A DNA stretch of 64,000 nt from Leptogorgia sarmentosa. Its lineage: Eukaryota. The position numbers and the translations under genes were made by a program. This document shows, in pieces, positions 38,035 to 51,900 of the stretch (its first letter is position 1; each line of letters begins with the position of its first letter). The notes below the pieces were generated by a model. That model saw nothing but the letters and a program-made list of their open reading frames with translations, was not told the DNA's origin and made no database searches. The DNA lies in NCBI GenBank assembly GCA_964658305.1, contig OZ210885.1:7130001-7194000 (forward strand), written 5' to 3'.

Positions 38035-39192
38035 TTACCCCGCTCTAATCCCCCAGTCTTTGTAACCTCTTGCTTTGCAATAATCCGCTTTAAGACCCTC
38101 CTTATGCCATTTTCCTTCAGCTATTGCCTCACATATTTGACACCAGTGACCAAATTTTCTGTCCCAATATTGTCCTATAATTGTGTTACTTATATCACCC
38201 AGACCTTTCGTTTTCCATTCCAAAAATTTATTGTACTCCGTCTTATTGTTCATCACGAACTTGAGGCGATCAGCCAAATCCTTGGGGGATTTGAAATCTC
38301 TAACATTCACAATAGCATTCTTTAGGTTTCCTGGCAAGAATTCGTAAATTTTATCTGTACTCATGACTACCGGTACTGCACCAGCATTCAATGCATGAAG
38401 AATTTGATCGTCAACGAAATAATCACAGTCTTGGTTGAAGAATACGATAATAAATTTATAGGACCGTTCAAGATTTTTTTTAACTTCTTTAAAATTACTA
38501 CTGTAGCGCTTTGCCAAACCATTTTTGTTGTGCAAACAGGCACCATAGGAGTCGACTTTAATATATTTCATCAATTCTCTCAGGTAGGCCGTTCTCACTC
38601 GTTCGCAGTTACTGAAAGCGGCCATAATACCTCCAGTTTTGTTTTCAAAAGCAATTGGGGAATCTAGAGTTGGTTTTTTAAATGCAGGTGTTGGAAAATC
38701 GGAATCCAGTCGATAACTTCTTAGTAAATGAAACTGTGACATGTATTTAGGATCCCTTAATACCCCGGTGTAAACAGGATTTTCAAGAGTAGTAAGAACC
38801 CAAGGAATATGCTTAGACGGAGGTAATGGTTTTGGATCTCTTGCATGAACAATAAAAGCTTTAGCTTCTTCAATACGGGAACGATTTGCTGTCACTTCAC
38901 ACGCCACTGGACATTGACCGCGCTCGTTACCTTTTCCCCAAACTCCCTCGGCTCTTGATGCTGGTTTATTCCACAATTTGGACCAAAACAACAGAACGAT
39001 TTTCTCGTCTTGTTTATATGAATCATTGGCAAGAGCTGCGTGTGGCAATGCAGGTGGAAATAGTTTCAGAACACTGCTTTTAATGAAGAAATTGCCTCCT
39101 TTGATATACACCACTAATGTTCCGCTGACAACCACAAGTATCAGGAAAATGTAGAAAAAAATGAAATTTCTCGTGGGTTTTGAGATGGCCAT
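38035..39192 (-). CDS. Alpha-1,3-fucosyltransferase (GT10), intronless type II membrane protein
   Basis: N-terminal TM, C.VT.NRS, ENP, SYRLDSD, FSNC..R, VDSYGAC, YKF..FNQDCDYFVDDQ..AL.AGAVPVV, VRDFKSPKDLA. Confidence 0.9.
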   Translation of the reverse strand: MAISKPTRNFIFFYIFLILVVVSGTLVVYIKGGNFFIKSSVLKLFPPALPHAALANDSYKQDEKIVLLFWSKLWNKPASRAEGVWGKGNERGQCPVACEVTANRSRIEEAKAFIVHARDPKPLPPSKHIPWVLTTLENPVYTGVLRDPKYMSQFHLLRSYRLDSDFPTPAFKKPTLDSPIAFENKTGGIMAAFSNCERVRTAYLRELMKYIKVDSYGACLHNKNGLAKRYSSNFKEVKKNLERSYKFIIVFFNQDCDYFVDDQILHALNAGAVPVVMSTDKIYEFLPGNLKNAIVNVRDFKSPKDLADRLKFVMNNKTEYNKFLEWKTKGLGDISNTIIGQYWDRKFGHWCQICEAIAEGKWHKEGLKADYCKARGYKDWGIRAG

Positions 39193-39824
39193 AACGTTGC
39201 ACGAGTCAATTTTCCCAATGGTGAAAATTCATGAAACTGCAACTGCAAGAGATACAGAATACATTTGCTTTAGTATAATTATAATCCAAATGAGAATCTA
39301 TGAGTCGCCATTCGCCCATCATGCCTGTAAACAATCTTGGCTAGTAACCCAAGCCTACTGAGGCTTCAAGCTGTCGACTGCCTTATATATAAAAGTATTG
39401 AATGAATTGAATGATATCGTCCCTAGAGTCGATTAAAATAGATTTGAACGGCAACATCGATCTACTGGACGGATTTGATTAAAGTGAATTATTGTTTTAC
39501 ATTGGGAAGGGCAATATTACCATTCCCGCGCGGCGGGAACAAATGAACAAACACGTTCAAATAAATGCGTCAAGTAAATATATGTGGTATTACTTATCAA
39601 TCGAATGAACTAAATACGGTTTAAAATTATGGTTTTCTTGTTTTAACGTGTTGACTGTGTTACTGCATCAATTGTGCGCTCTATTTACGATGGCAACAGG
39701 GAGACGGCAATTTATAATATCCACGGCAGTGGTTGATAGTTTTTCGAGGTTATTTTTGTCCATGACCAACCTATACAACCTATATACATATATATAGTAT
39801 GCAAAACGTTTGCGTCGGACCAGA

Positions 39825-40786
39825 ACGTATCCGCGCCATGCATGTATTCCACATACGTATCCGAGGCATGTATTCCAGATACGTATCAGAGGCATGTATT
39901 CCAGATACGTATCAGAAGCATGCATTCCAGATACGTATCCGAGGCATGCATTCCAGATACGTATCAGAAGCATGCATTCCAGATACGTATCCGAGGCATG
40001 CATTCCAGATACGTATCAGAGGCATGTATTCCAGATACGTATCAGAAGCATGCATTCCAGATACGTATCAGAAGCATGCATTCCAGATACGTATCAGAGG
40101 CATGCATTCCAGATACGTATCAGAAGCATGCATTCCAGATACGTATCCGAGGCATGTATTCCAGATACGTATCAGAAGCATGCATTCCAGATACGTATCA
40201 GAGGCATGTATTCCAGATACGTATCAGAGGCATGTATTCCAGATACGTATCAGAGGCATGCATTCCAAATACGTATCAGAGGCATGTATTCCAGATACGT
40301 ATCCTTGGCATGCATTACAGATACGTATCCTTGGCATGTATTCCAGATACGTATCCGAGGCATGTATTCCAGATACGTATCAGAGGCATGTATTCCAGAT
40401 ACGTATCCGAAGCATGTATTCCAGATACGTATCCGACGCATGTATTGCAGATACGTATCAGAGGCATGTATTCCAGATACGTATCCGAAGCATGTATTCC
40501 AGATACGTATCCGACGCATGTATTGCAGATACGTATCAGAGGCATGTATTCCAGATACGTATCAGAGGCATGCATTCCAGATACGTATCCGAGGCATGTA
40601 TTCCAGATACGCATCAGAAGCATGTATTCCAGATACGTATCAGAGGCATGTATTCCAGATACGTATCAGAGGCATGTATTCCAGATACGTATCCGAAGCA
40701 TGTATTCCAGATACGTATCCGACGCATGTATTGCAGATACGTATCAGAGGCATGTATTCCAGATACGTATCCGAAGCATGTATTCC
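39825..40786. repeat. Minisatellite, 26-bp unit GAGGCATGTATTCCAGATACGTATCA, about 37 copies
   Basis: Head-to-tail units with no spacers; each contains the palindrome GATACGTATC. Confidence 0.95.
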
Positions 40787-41438
40787 TAAATAACTAAACA
40801 CGTCTAGGTGTGTAAAATATGATATGAGAAGGTACCACTCGCTACGGACGCCTTGTACAACAGTGGAGTGTATCGCAGTTATTATTTATCAAGTTGTTCG
40901 CCCTGTTTTAAATAGTGGTGTAAAATTTTTTTATGAAAAGAAATGGGGATAAAAAAATTTTTAGCTTGAAAACATTTTCTCTTCAGCCCCTACCCCTGCC
41001 ATAAATAATGACCGGTCCCTTAGACGCAGTCGTCGGAACATAATCGGAAAAACGAGCAGGATTTCCATACGCTCGGAGTTTATCGTGAGAATACAGCGTT
41101 AAAAACCAATACCAGCCGACAATTTCAAAAAATATAATACAAAACATAATCCGAAGATTAACATCTTCATACCCAAGATATGAGTTAAAACAAGACAAAA
41201 ATGAGTTTGTGATCATCATCATATCTTCGGATTATGTTTTGTATTATACAGCGTTAGTGATTGGATTGGCGAAGAAAAAATGTTCATTCCGAAAATGCGT
41301 TTTATTGAACTAAAAAAGTCATAATTATTTACCATAACCACTATTGGAAATGACAATGCTGTAATAAAAATCACGTTAATATTCTCCATTGGAGATTCTC
41401 CGTCATGATTAGTGCTACATAACATGGTTATGTGTATT

Positions 41439-43164
41439 CAGGGCCGTTCTCAGAAAAAAATACAGGGGGGGTGTTAGGTGATTTCAACCGCGACCAACGG
41501 ATGAACTTGTACCGACTAATTTGTTAAAATGGAAGCTCATATCATAAATGCAGACCTGCCAACCCTTGAGTAGCAGAAATAGTGAGTTGCTATCTGAAAA
41601 GTCGTGAGATTGACGGAAAAATCGTGAGACTTAGAAATTTTCAGGTTTGTTCATTAATATGACCACGGTTAACTTTAACAACGCTAGAAAATAATCAATA
41701 GATTTTCAATCTTAGGATAGTATGCATTTATATTTTGGCATTTTTGTGAATATAACTGTTATGCAAGGCTTATTAAAATTAGGCTGTTTTTTCTTGATGC
41801 CTTTAGTAAGTGTCTGTACGAGTCCTTGGAAATATAACGCAATATCTGCACAAAAACAAGAAAATTATGAGTAATATTAAAACTTAGTACGACAATAAAT
41901 TTAGCAGGACGCGCCTTTTACTTATTGTCGTACAAAATTCTGGCATTGTAGTTTGTACATTACTAGAGCCCTTACGACACAAGAAATAATAGCATATTTC
42001 GTTTTTCCACGGGTGTTTGGAATCACTTGTGGTTTTAACAGAGATTTTGCCAAAAATCGTGAGATTTCGGGACTTAATCGTGAGATCGTGAGAAAGCATC
42101 AAAAATCGTGAGTCTCACGATTAAATCGTGAGACTTGCCGCAGGTCTGTAAATGTGAAACTTGTATTAGACTCCACTCTGAAGGCAGTTCATCGCATGCA
42201 ATGTACAATGTACAAATAATATATTTACAAAACCGCGTGCCGTTTATGACGAACCATGCTGTTGCTTTACACAATATTTTTACACGTTGTCGTTGTCATT
42301 TTTTCAAAAAGCTCGTGCTATCTTTACCATTACCGTCTATTTTTAGTGTCGTTCTGAACATGGAAATTGAAAAAAAATTGAAGTGGAAGTCAAGTCCGTA
42401 ATAATATAATAAATAATTTGTTAAAATTTTGAACATAAAAAGTTTCAAAACGTTCGAAGTTGTGGAACTTCAACATTGTTTGAATCTGAGGCCTGAGGGC
42501 CCTCCTTCGTTACGGGAAGACCGAGAAGAACCTGTGCGCAGAATTGTTTTAATTAATTTTGACCTCCACTTTGATTGATTTCTTGAATTAAAAGATGTAT
42601 TGAGAAAAATGTATAGGTTGCAACTAAAGTGAAAAGCCGTGATATTTTATTAATATTTACATTAGCGACGGTGTTTGTTGCCCAATTTTCTTATTAACAG
42701 TACCACTTTTCGGACAAAATAATTTCAATGCTTGCTTTTTTAATGACAAATCAATAAAACTCATATCACATTATTTGAATATCTTTTGTATCTTTCACCA
42801 ATTAATTAGTTTCTATCATTCAGGTACAATCAGTAAGACTCACTAGCTAGCTAATCACCATAATATGCGATTGCGACTGGAAATTTTAAATATTGAAATT
42901 TATTTTAATTTTTAACGTGAATTAAAACCTGTTTACAGCGGCTTTAGTTTATTTTGGCCTCTGTACTTGATTTAAAATCCATATATGTGACTGTGAATGA
43001 TATTTGCAAATTTACAATTAAATTCCTTGTTCCCGCAACATTTTTAATGTAATTCATCATATGTTTCTTTACCGACTCAGGTAGCGGCCTGCCGACTGAG
43101 CCTCCGAATAAAATTTCTGGGGGGGTGTCACACCCCCCCACACCCCCCCGTAGCTCCGGCCCTG
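41439..43164. mobile_element. hAT-like non-autonomous element with a nested MITE (41551-42148)
   Basis: TIR CAGGGCCG; 8-bp TSD TGTGTATT. Nested TIR CAGACCTGC with 6-bp direct repeat TAAATG and CGTGAG subterminal repeats. Confidence 0.8.
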
Positions 43165-44463
43165 TGTGTATTATTTTGTAGTTATTTTGATCCAATATTG
43201 TCGCAAATACTTTACGTTTCGACTATAAAGCGTACAAGTGTCATAAAAAATATTCACACATATACTCGGATCGAAACGTAGATTGGAAACGTTTCCATGT
43301 ATTAAACACATACATATTCTGTATCACATGGAATAATAAAAACATTTTAACAGTCGCGTAACATTCATTGGCGCTAATAGTATTGCCTATAAATTCCGAC
43401 AATGACTTACCTGACATATGTTTTTGACTTTGTCAGACTTTGTGACTGAGGAAATTTTCAGAATCCCAGTACTCGTAAAACTATGTCTCACTTCGCGATG
43501 AAAGTTGCGGTTTACTATAATGAAGTTTAGCAATGAGCCATCGGCTAAATGTGAGTTTGTTTTGATCATAACAGAACCGCTAAGACGCGCATTATTGGCT
43601 ATTAACATGTTGGAAACGCAAGCCCTTTGTCATTAATTTGAATTTGTTTCGAAAATGGGATGTTAAAAATGTCACAGTTAATCCACAACACAATAAATTA
43701 TTTCAATGTCTTTCAAACAATAACAATAATAGAGGCTGGCGGCGTATATTCAAATCATAAAATTTCCACATTTGAATATACGCCACGACCCCATGCGCAT
43801 GGGTGGCGATAAAGTCAATTGATCCAATGGTTCTACCAGTGCGAGTACCAACCTTACTATAAAGGGACACACTAATTATAAACTATTTTCGACTTCTTAT
43901 CTTAAGTTTATTATAAATTCATAATAACAAGATAATTACCTGATAGATATGATAATTTTTGGATAAATTACTTTTCTTAATCCCTTAATGGCATACCTAA
44001 GCATGGCATAGAACAGTCTATTTTTCAATATTGTACGTCACTTATTTTCATACACGTTCGATACGCGCTAAAGCCGAAGCACAAAACTCCGTGACCGATA
44101 CTAGTTATAGAAACAAGATGAGCAATCAATCGCTGACTCGTCAACCCAGACGGATGTTGGTTTTTGTCGAAGTAGACGAGACTACATGCGTTTTGCCTAC
44201 CACCAAAGTTAGACATCAGATGGATACTGGAGTCAAACCAGACCTTATGTGAAGGTGCGAAAGTTGTGGTCGAATATATACAACAAGAGACTGTTCTTTG
44301 CGCAAATTCTGAAGCTTTATTACCATCGCTAATATATATTATGAATCAATCAAAGACTAAATGGTAACGTTTTACAAAGATCTAGAAAGCATTTACCATT
44401 TTCAGTGCATTATATTAGTGCAGGATGGGAAAATAATATAAATCTACACCAACCTTTTGAGGT

Positions 44464-44548
44464 GCCTCATGAGCTCAGGGGCTAGAGCACTGGTCTTGTA
44501 AACCAGCTAGGGAACCAGGGGTCCAGAGTTCAATTCTCTGATGAGGCT
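44464..44548 (+). tRNA. tRNA-Thr(TGT) with a 12-nt insert compatible with a position 37/38 intron; G at position 8
   Basis: Perfect acceptor, D and T stems; insert AACCAGCTAGGG at 44501-44512. Confidence 0.65.
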
Positions 44549-44623
44549 TTATCTTCTTCGAAACCTTGCAAGAACATGGAAGGAAAAGGCCCCGAGGGTC
44601 TTTCATATGCTGTTCCGCTTGTT

Positions 44624-44696
44624 ATCTCATTAGCTCAGAGGTTAGAGCACTGGTTTCGTAAACCCCGGTTCCAAGGTTCGATTCTCTGATGGGGCT
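44624..44696 (+). pseudogene. tRNA-Thr(CGT), degenerate
   Basis: Homologous to the previous gene; broken stems. Confidence 0.65.
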
Positions 44697-44762
44697 TTGT
44701 GAATAAGTATTCATCCATTTCGTCTTTGGTTATTCGTTACAGATATAGAAATAAATATATAT

Positions 44763-45560
44763 GTTATTTACCAGCTGGGTATAATATTTTGTCGAGGTCT
44801 CAAAAACGGCCCGAGGCCGAAGGCCGAGGGACGTTTTTGAGACCGAGATAAAATATTTTCCAGTACGGACCGACCTAAATGGTAAATAACTTATTTATTT
44901 TTTTTCTGCTCGAAGCTATAATAAAACTCATAAGAAATTCCAGTGTTGCGAAGTAGATTTGAGATCAGTTGTGTTTGTTTACTTTGCTACTCTATCGCAA
45001 GTATGGCTGCTAAACAGCCAAGACGAAGTGAGAAAAAACCCTTCAATATTGACGCATTTTTTTCACTCAACATTACTACGAAAAAGGTAAACTTATTAAA
45101 ATTATTTATTTTCTCGTTCGTTTCACGATACAAACATGGTTAAAATACGCTTTAGACACCGAAATATTTCGCCGAGAATGTTTTGTTTTGTTCATTCTGA
45201 TGAGTTTTTGTCGCTGTAAATACCCCCTAAAATAACCCTTAGCATAATAAAATGAACTTTCATGTGCTCTTTATCGCCAAAATTCGTTTTGAATGTTTTA
45301 AAAAGCGGCCATTCAATTTTAAAAAACAAAAACATTGACTATATTTGTATCTACGAATGCGAGCCGTCCGTACGGTATAGGATACGGACCGCTCGGCAAC
45401 CAATCGGAAAGCTCTATTTAGGTTACGGACCTGGAGTTACGGACCGGAAAAAAATAAAAGCTGTTATTTTTTTGTAAATCAGCAGCGGGCGGAATCCTAG
45501 CGTTTTCTGCAATCTGATTGGCTGCAGCAGCGGGCGGAATTCCACGGTCCGGAATCCTAA
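44763..45560. mobile_element. Second copy of the hairpin-headed repeat at 15469
   Basis: High similarity to 15469-16150. Confidence 0.75.
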
Positions 45561-45904
45561 ATAAGTAATGGCCGAAGCAAATCAAAAGTCTTTTGTATGT
45601 TTATTTTATGGCAAAAAAATGACACAAAATTAATTACACAAAATTGCACTGTGATAACAGGAAGTTGCACTGTGATAACACAAAATTGCAGTGCGATAAC
45701 TCAAAATTGCACTGTGATTGCACAAAATTTCGCTATGATAACCATGTTCATACTTCATACTGGCGAACATGAGCCTTTGTAAACAATTTTTTGATACATT
45801 TATTGCCATCTCTACTGTTCAGTATTTGAATTACGTATGCATTCTCAAAGACGTATTGTCAAACCTTGTACTATCCTATTTTATTTGCGAAAATCTTTAG
45901 AAGA

Positions 45905-48900
45905 CTAATCTCTACATATTAAAGAGCTGATTCTTTCAGCAAAACTGGCCAATTGATCGAAAGAAGGTAATCTTACAACATAATCTTCTTTGGGATCGGA
46001 GGCGATTGCATTCAATTCTGCAACAGACACAGAATTTCCAATACCGATACTGAAAATATTTACACCCAAATTTCGTAGTGCATTTGCAGGACCCAATGGT
46101 CTTATACCATTTGAATAGCCATCTGTAAGCAACAATAAGACTTTCGGGACATCTGGAAAAAAGGTAAATGTAAAAGTAAATACAGGGGCAGAGAACTGAG
46201 TACAATTTCTTGAAAAATGAAAACTAAATTGATAAAAAAATTACGCTATTTAAGCAGTTTACTTAAAGTTACAGTACTGAGTAAATTTAGTTTAATTATT
46301 ATAAGGTTTCTTTTTTGTATAAAAGATTTTAGGACTGATAATAATTTTAATAATTAATAATTTTAATAATTAATAATTAATTAATAATTGATAATAATTA
46401 ATAATAATTAATTAATAATTAATTAAGAATTTTAATTATTTTAATGACTGACTCCATTCATTACAAATAAAGTCATGATTCAGTTTTCCCTATGGCGCAA
46501 AAATAACAAATAAATTCCACCGGGTTACAATTTTTCACCAGATTTTTTGTTTATTCGATTCAATTTTTGTTTCACATTCTCACGAGCGCTCAATTACTTC
46601 AACCACAGCGCAATAAATTGGCGTAAAATGTGATCCTCATTATTCAATCAAAACTTACCATCATCGGTTCTCATTCCAGCTGCTGCAGTGAATACTTTCT
46701 GTCTCACCATGTTCAATGCTTCGCCAGTGAAGGTCAAAAACCCATTATATTTGATGTCATCTACCGCATTTCGCAGCTCGTGTTTTGTGAAATATTTCAC
46801 GAGATTGAACTCGATATACGTGTCGGTATCATACGTCACCACGGAGACATGGGTGCCATCAACACCAATGTTCAAGAAATCTATCACCCGCTTTACAAAA
46901 TCTTTCACTTTTCGGAAATTTGTATCTCCCACACTACCGGAGTTATCGAGAAGGAAGACAAGATCCACCGATCTTTGGCAAGCTATGAAAAATAATTCAA
47001 AAATATTTTGTAATGTCACTTTTGGAATCTGTTTTAAGAAAATCTCGAAATCACTGCACTAGTAAATTGAGGGTAATACATGCAGTACTACAGTTCTACC
47101 GTGTAATTATGCGGTTTATTAGGCAGATTATTTTATTATTATTTTTTACGTGCATGACGGGATCAAAAATGTCGTACTTTGAGCAATCCAATCAACACAG
47201 TGTCTCAGTGTCTTTCCAATCACAGAGTCTTTGCAAAAGGGCATTTCCAAATGCCTGACACGAAATTATTTCTAAAAATCTTTCGGGGAGTGATGGGAAA
47301 ATCGAACGCGTTTCACAATATTTCTTACTCAAATATTTTTGTAAGCCGCATTACTGGATTTTCTATTCCCTACCTCCACTGATGACAGAGATCTTCACCA
47401 CGGCGGTTGTGTTTAAACTTGGTGATCCGCTATCCTCTGCTTTTATCGTCAAAGCATAAGAGCTTTCGTTCGTAAAGTTGACATGACTCACTAATGTGAC
47501 ATTACCATCTGAATCGATATCGAAAAGGCCTGGAGCATTTGAAGAAGCTATGGTGTATGTAATTTCTCCATTTTTGCCTGAATCCAAATCGGTAGCTTCC
47601 ACCTAAAAAAAGAAAAGAATTTTCTTTCAAGATGCAATCAACTTTTTCGACAGGAATTAGCTATAATGCACTGTGGAATCGAAGTATCTAAATTTTAAAT
47701 GATATGGGCAACAAAAAATATTCTTCGCTCATTTCAAAGAACTTTTAAAATCGTTTACTAAGTTATTCTGCAGTTTTAACATATCTTGCTTAGTTTTTGA
47801 AATATTTCAACCACAAATAGTCAGGCAGTGCGCCATCTTGAATTTGATTTGATTTGAAAAGACGTCACAAGCGGGGTAAACATCATAAAACTGAATCTAG
47901 AGCAGCCAGGTTGCAACCAAACATGACTTAAATATTTGTAAGAATGGCAAAATTAGAATAATTATAAATTATCAAGTTACAGGCTCACAATAAGGTCTGA
48001 TTCAAAGGAAAAAACTGCGTGACCCCTCTTGAGACCTAAAGCATTGCATATTCATGAATATCCAAGATGGCGGACTTCTCTCTTTTTCAGGTCGAAATAT
48101 TTCGAAAACTGTACAAGATAATATGTTGAAACTGTAAAATAACTTACTAAACGATTTTAAAAGTTCTTTCAAATTAGTGAAGATTATTTTTTGTTTCTCG
48201 TACCCTTTAAGGAAAATATCATAAATATATTATTGATATGCGAAATGGGCTGTTATGTATGATCAGCAACGATCGTTTTAACGTCATACAAATGCCAAAG
48301 GCAATGTCGAACTGACGAGCTTTCATGTCATAAAGATATCGTTTTCACGTAGAGCAAGAAATGTATTAATTTCGTAAATACCTTGACAACAAGGGCACCT
48401 TTTTGAGCATCCGGGCGAATACCAGCAGTGTACTCTTTCTTTTGGAACGTCGGATAGTTATCATTCAAATCGATAACATTAATTTGAATAATGGCTTGAC
48501 TTTTATGACATGGATTGGCTAAATCCTGAGCTACGACCACAACAGTGTATTGTGAAGTATTTTCATAATCGAGTTTTCTTTTGGTTAAAAGTTTAGGATA
48601 AGGATCTGATTTTACAATCCTGAACGCTGACTTGTCGCCTGCTGTAATGTGGTATTCCAGGCTGTAATTATAACGAAAAGTTGAGTTAATACAATTTATT
48701 ATACCACAATGACGTCATTTTACCATATAAGGGCAAAACGGAGTGCAGATACCCAGCCGTATTGCACTCGCCGTATTGCTCTCTAATTGTAGGGCGCGCT
48801 GCCAGACAATTTAGCGAAATATAAGTTATTTAATCTAATTAATGTTAAATTATCAGAAATACAGTTGTGTGTCGTATAATGAATTCCTTATTGAATGGTT

Positions 48901-51900
48901 TGTCATGCAATACGGCTTGGTATTTTACTCGTTTCTCACATCTTTCCTCGCCCTGCTAGCTCTGAAAATACTTACAAAACTTGTAAAATACCAGGCCGTA
49001 TTGCCATATGCATCGTGAGTCTTTCGTGACAATGTTATAAGCCGCTGTGGCTTTGCATAAAATACTGAATCAGATGTTTTTAACGTGTTGGTATTATAGT
49101 GTGGGTATCATTGACTAGAAGCTCTGCTGTTGTACTGAACGATCTGATAACATGCACCCTTGCACATACTTAAATAAGAGAACCTTTGAACTTTGCTAAT
49201 CAGTTAGGATGAGCACGCATCTATGCACAATATGCACAATGCACAATGCACCTTGTCATATGTAAAGGATATCACTACACACAAAAAGCCTGCCGTACAC
49301 GAGGGCTATCTGCTGAGCTGACAGTCACTCGTGCCTAATGGCGCAAGCAAAATGCTCCCGTGCGCGGAAAAATTTTGAGACGTTTTCGTCACGCCTGCCA
49401 AAAATATTTCAGAATTCTGCCGCACACGGGAGCATTTTGCTTACGCCAATAGGCACGAGTGACTGTCAGCTCAGCAGATAGCTCTCGTGTGCGGCAGGCT
49501 TTAGTTAGATAACAGAGTTGGGAGATTGCACGCACTGGAAATGCATTAAAAGAAGTATTTGTTGTTGAACAAGCTGTCCCGCTAACGCCTCGACGACCCC
49601 GTATCGTACAATGAATACAGCAAATAAACAGGTCGTTTAACACTTACTTGTAGGAATGTGACACCATCTTTAAACTAATAATTTCATGAGGGTCCTGCTC
49701 CTCAGTGACGTTCACCTCAAACCTTCCGCTGTTTTCAAACAGGTTATCCCAAAATGTTAAATTAAACTTGTTGTAATCCCTTTGGCCCTGAACAGCCACA
49801 TATACGGTCTAAATAATAAACAAGAATCACTGGTGAAGCAGAAGGACTCGCCAAACACCATTGGATTTTCCAAACACCATTTCCATGCGATCAAAATACA
49901 ATTATTTCGGACCATAAAACTGTAAAGGTATTAAAAAAGGTTAACCTATGACGTCAAGCGCTAGTGCTGCAGGTTCGAATTTGATTTATGCTTATGCACG
50001 AAGTAAAAATTAATTCAAACTTTTTCTGCTGAAAAGAATGAAATGAAATACAGACAGAGAGAGTATGAATAGAAAGTCATGCGCTGGTAAAGTTTGTTTA
50101 AATAAAGTCTTGATTTCAAAAATCTCACTATTAAAAGCAAAATAAACTGCATGCAAATGGTCAAATTATAGGCAAATTTTATTCCATCAATTTGCAATTC
50201 CTGCCGCATACCATGCCATGGGCTCGTTAGGGAATTAAAGCATTCAAATTCGAACATGCACTATGGCACTAGCTAACGACTTAACATTTAAGGAATAGAA
50301 AACATTTTCCATGTTTACATCGAGTTATGTAAACACGAGAGAAGCATCGGGAAATAGCTGTGTTTGCATAATCTCACATCAACACGGCTGTTAGCCAATC
50401 ACGCGCGCGCAATGTTTTTCACTTCCGGTTATTTTATAAAATCTTTTGATATTTAGGGTGTCCCAAAAAAACGGAACCTGCATAAATTAATTATACATTC
50501 GAAGAAATTTTTATTCACAATAATGTAATTATTGGCCGCTGGGATTTCATATTTTGTGTACAGTGTCAGTAAAAGCAAAACAGGATAAAAGTATTGTGAT
50601 ACAACAAAGATATTTCGTTTGTATATCAAAGAAAGCAGTATTAAAATGTTTACCTTTTTGTCATCAGGTAGTTTAAGTGAAATGGCTTTTGGACTTGCGT
50701 TATATTCACTTTTTAAACTTTCTGCGTCCAATGGGCCAGGCTTACTACTTTTGACAGATGCATACAAATAACTGATACCTAGTTGAAGAGAAACGCTTCC
50801 ATTGACACAGTTGTGATAGACCTCCTCAAAGCAATTATAATCTTCACCCAAAACATACAGGGTGAGTCAGAAAAACTGATATCTTTGAAATTTAAATTAG
50901 CCGTATTTCATAATTCAATCGCACTAACGTTGCCTGATTATCCCATAGTTCCGAAGCATGTCAAATAAACTGACGATGTCAATTCCCTATGCGAGTTTTA
51001 AGTCATTCTAAAGGAACGAAAAACTTACTCAGAACACTCAGATGTAGTATTGTTAAGTTGCTGCAACAGCTTCTCGGCTGATACGAATTATTAATGTGTC
51101 AGTTTTTTTACTCAGCCTGCATACCATTCCACACACTTACCGACCAAATCTCGTACTACAATTATGACTTCGCTCTTGGCGACGACATCAAAAGTCATTT
51201 GGAAATATTTAAATGAATCTTTATCGACAGCTGTCTCTTCAACTTTGCATGATTCAATGGGAGATCGTCCCTCTGAAAAATAGAAATACACCATTGCGGC
51301 TTGGAGAGTTGGACAGACTATTGGAATGGAATTACTGGGGGGGGGGGGGGGGGGTGAGGAGCAGGTTCAACTCCTGCGAGAGGACGTAGTGATAACAAGA
51401 CGGGTACGACTGATATCTAGGTGTGCGTGAATGGAGTGATTCGATGTTCCTCCTCGTATGTTATTGTTTCGCAAGTTTTCAAATTTAGCGGAGATTTTTA
51501 CTTCACAAACAACTAAGTCTGAGAAAAAATATGTGCACAGAAATGTGAAATACGTCAAAGCCAAGAATAAAAACAGCTTGAAAAGGTTTAGCGAAAAAGG
51601 GCAATTAATGGCCAACATTATTTATTATTTATTTCAAACAATTCAAGAGTTTTGATTGGTTAAGAACAGTGCAATAAATCTTCATATACGACATTATGAC
51701 GTCGACTAATTTATTCTGCATATGCCAAAAGCGGGAAAATTGTGGAAAATACAAATGGCTTCATCAAAGGAAAGGTTCTTTCAATTATTGAGTTGAAATA
51801 AATTTGTTTGATTTAATTCTTGTTTAGCTATGTTGAATTGCTTTGACTGCGACCTTGAAATGTACAACAGCTATAAGAACATTTTCTCTTGTAGTCTGAT

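Noticed and set aside
39799..40797. Three long overlapping ORFs and a CRISPR-like appearance
   Set aside because: Pure 26-bp tandem repeat with no unique spacers and no cas genes; the ORFs arise from a stop-free unit.
46330..46445. TAAT-rich low-complexity tract
   Set aside because: Ordinary intronic simple repeat.
50779..51140. MITE apparently inserted in a coding exon (removal gives an in-frame read-through)
   Set aside because: A strong GTAAGT donor at 51140 and an in-phase acceptor at 50779 make this an intron containing the MITE.
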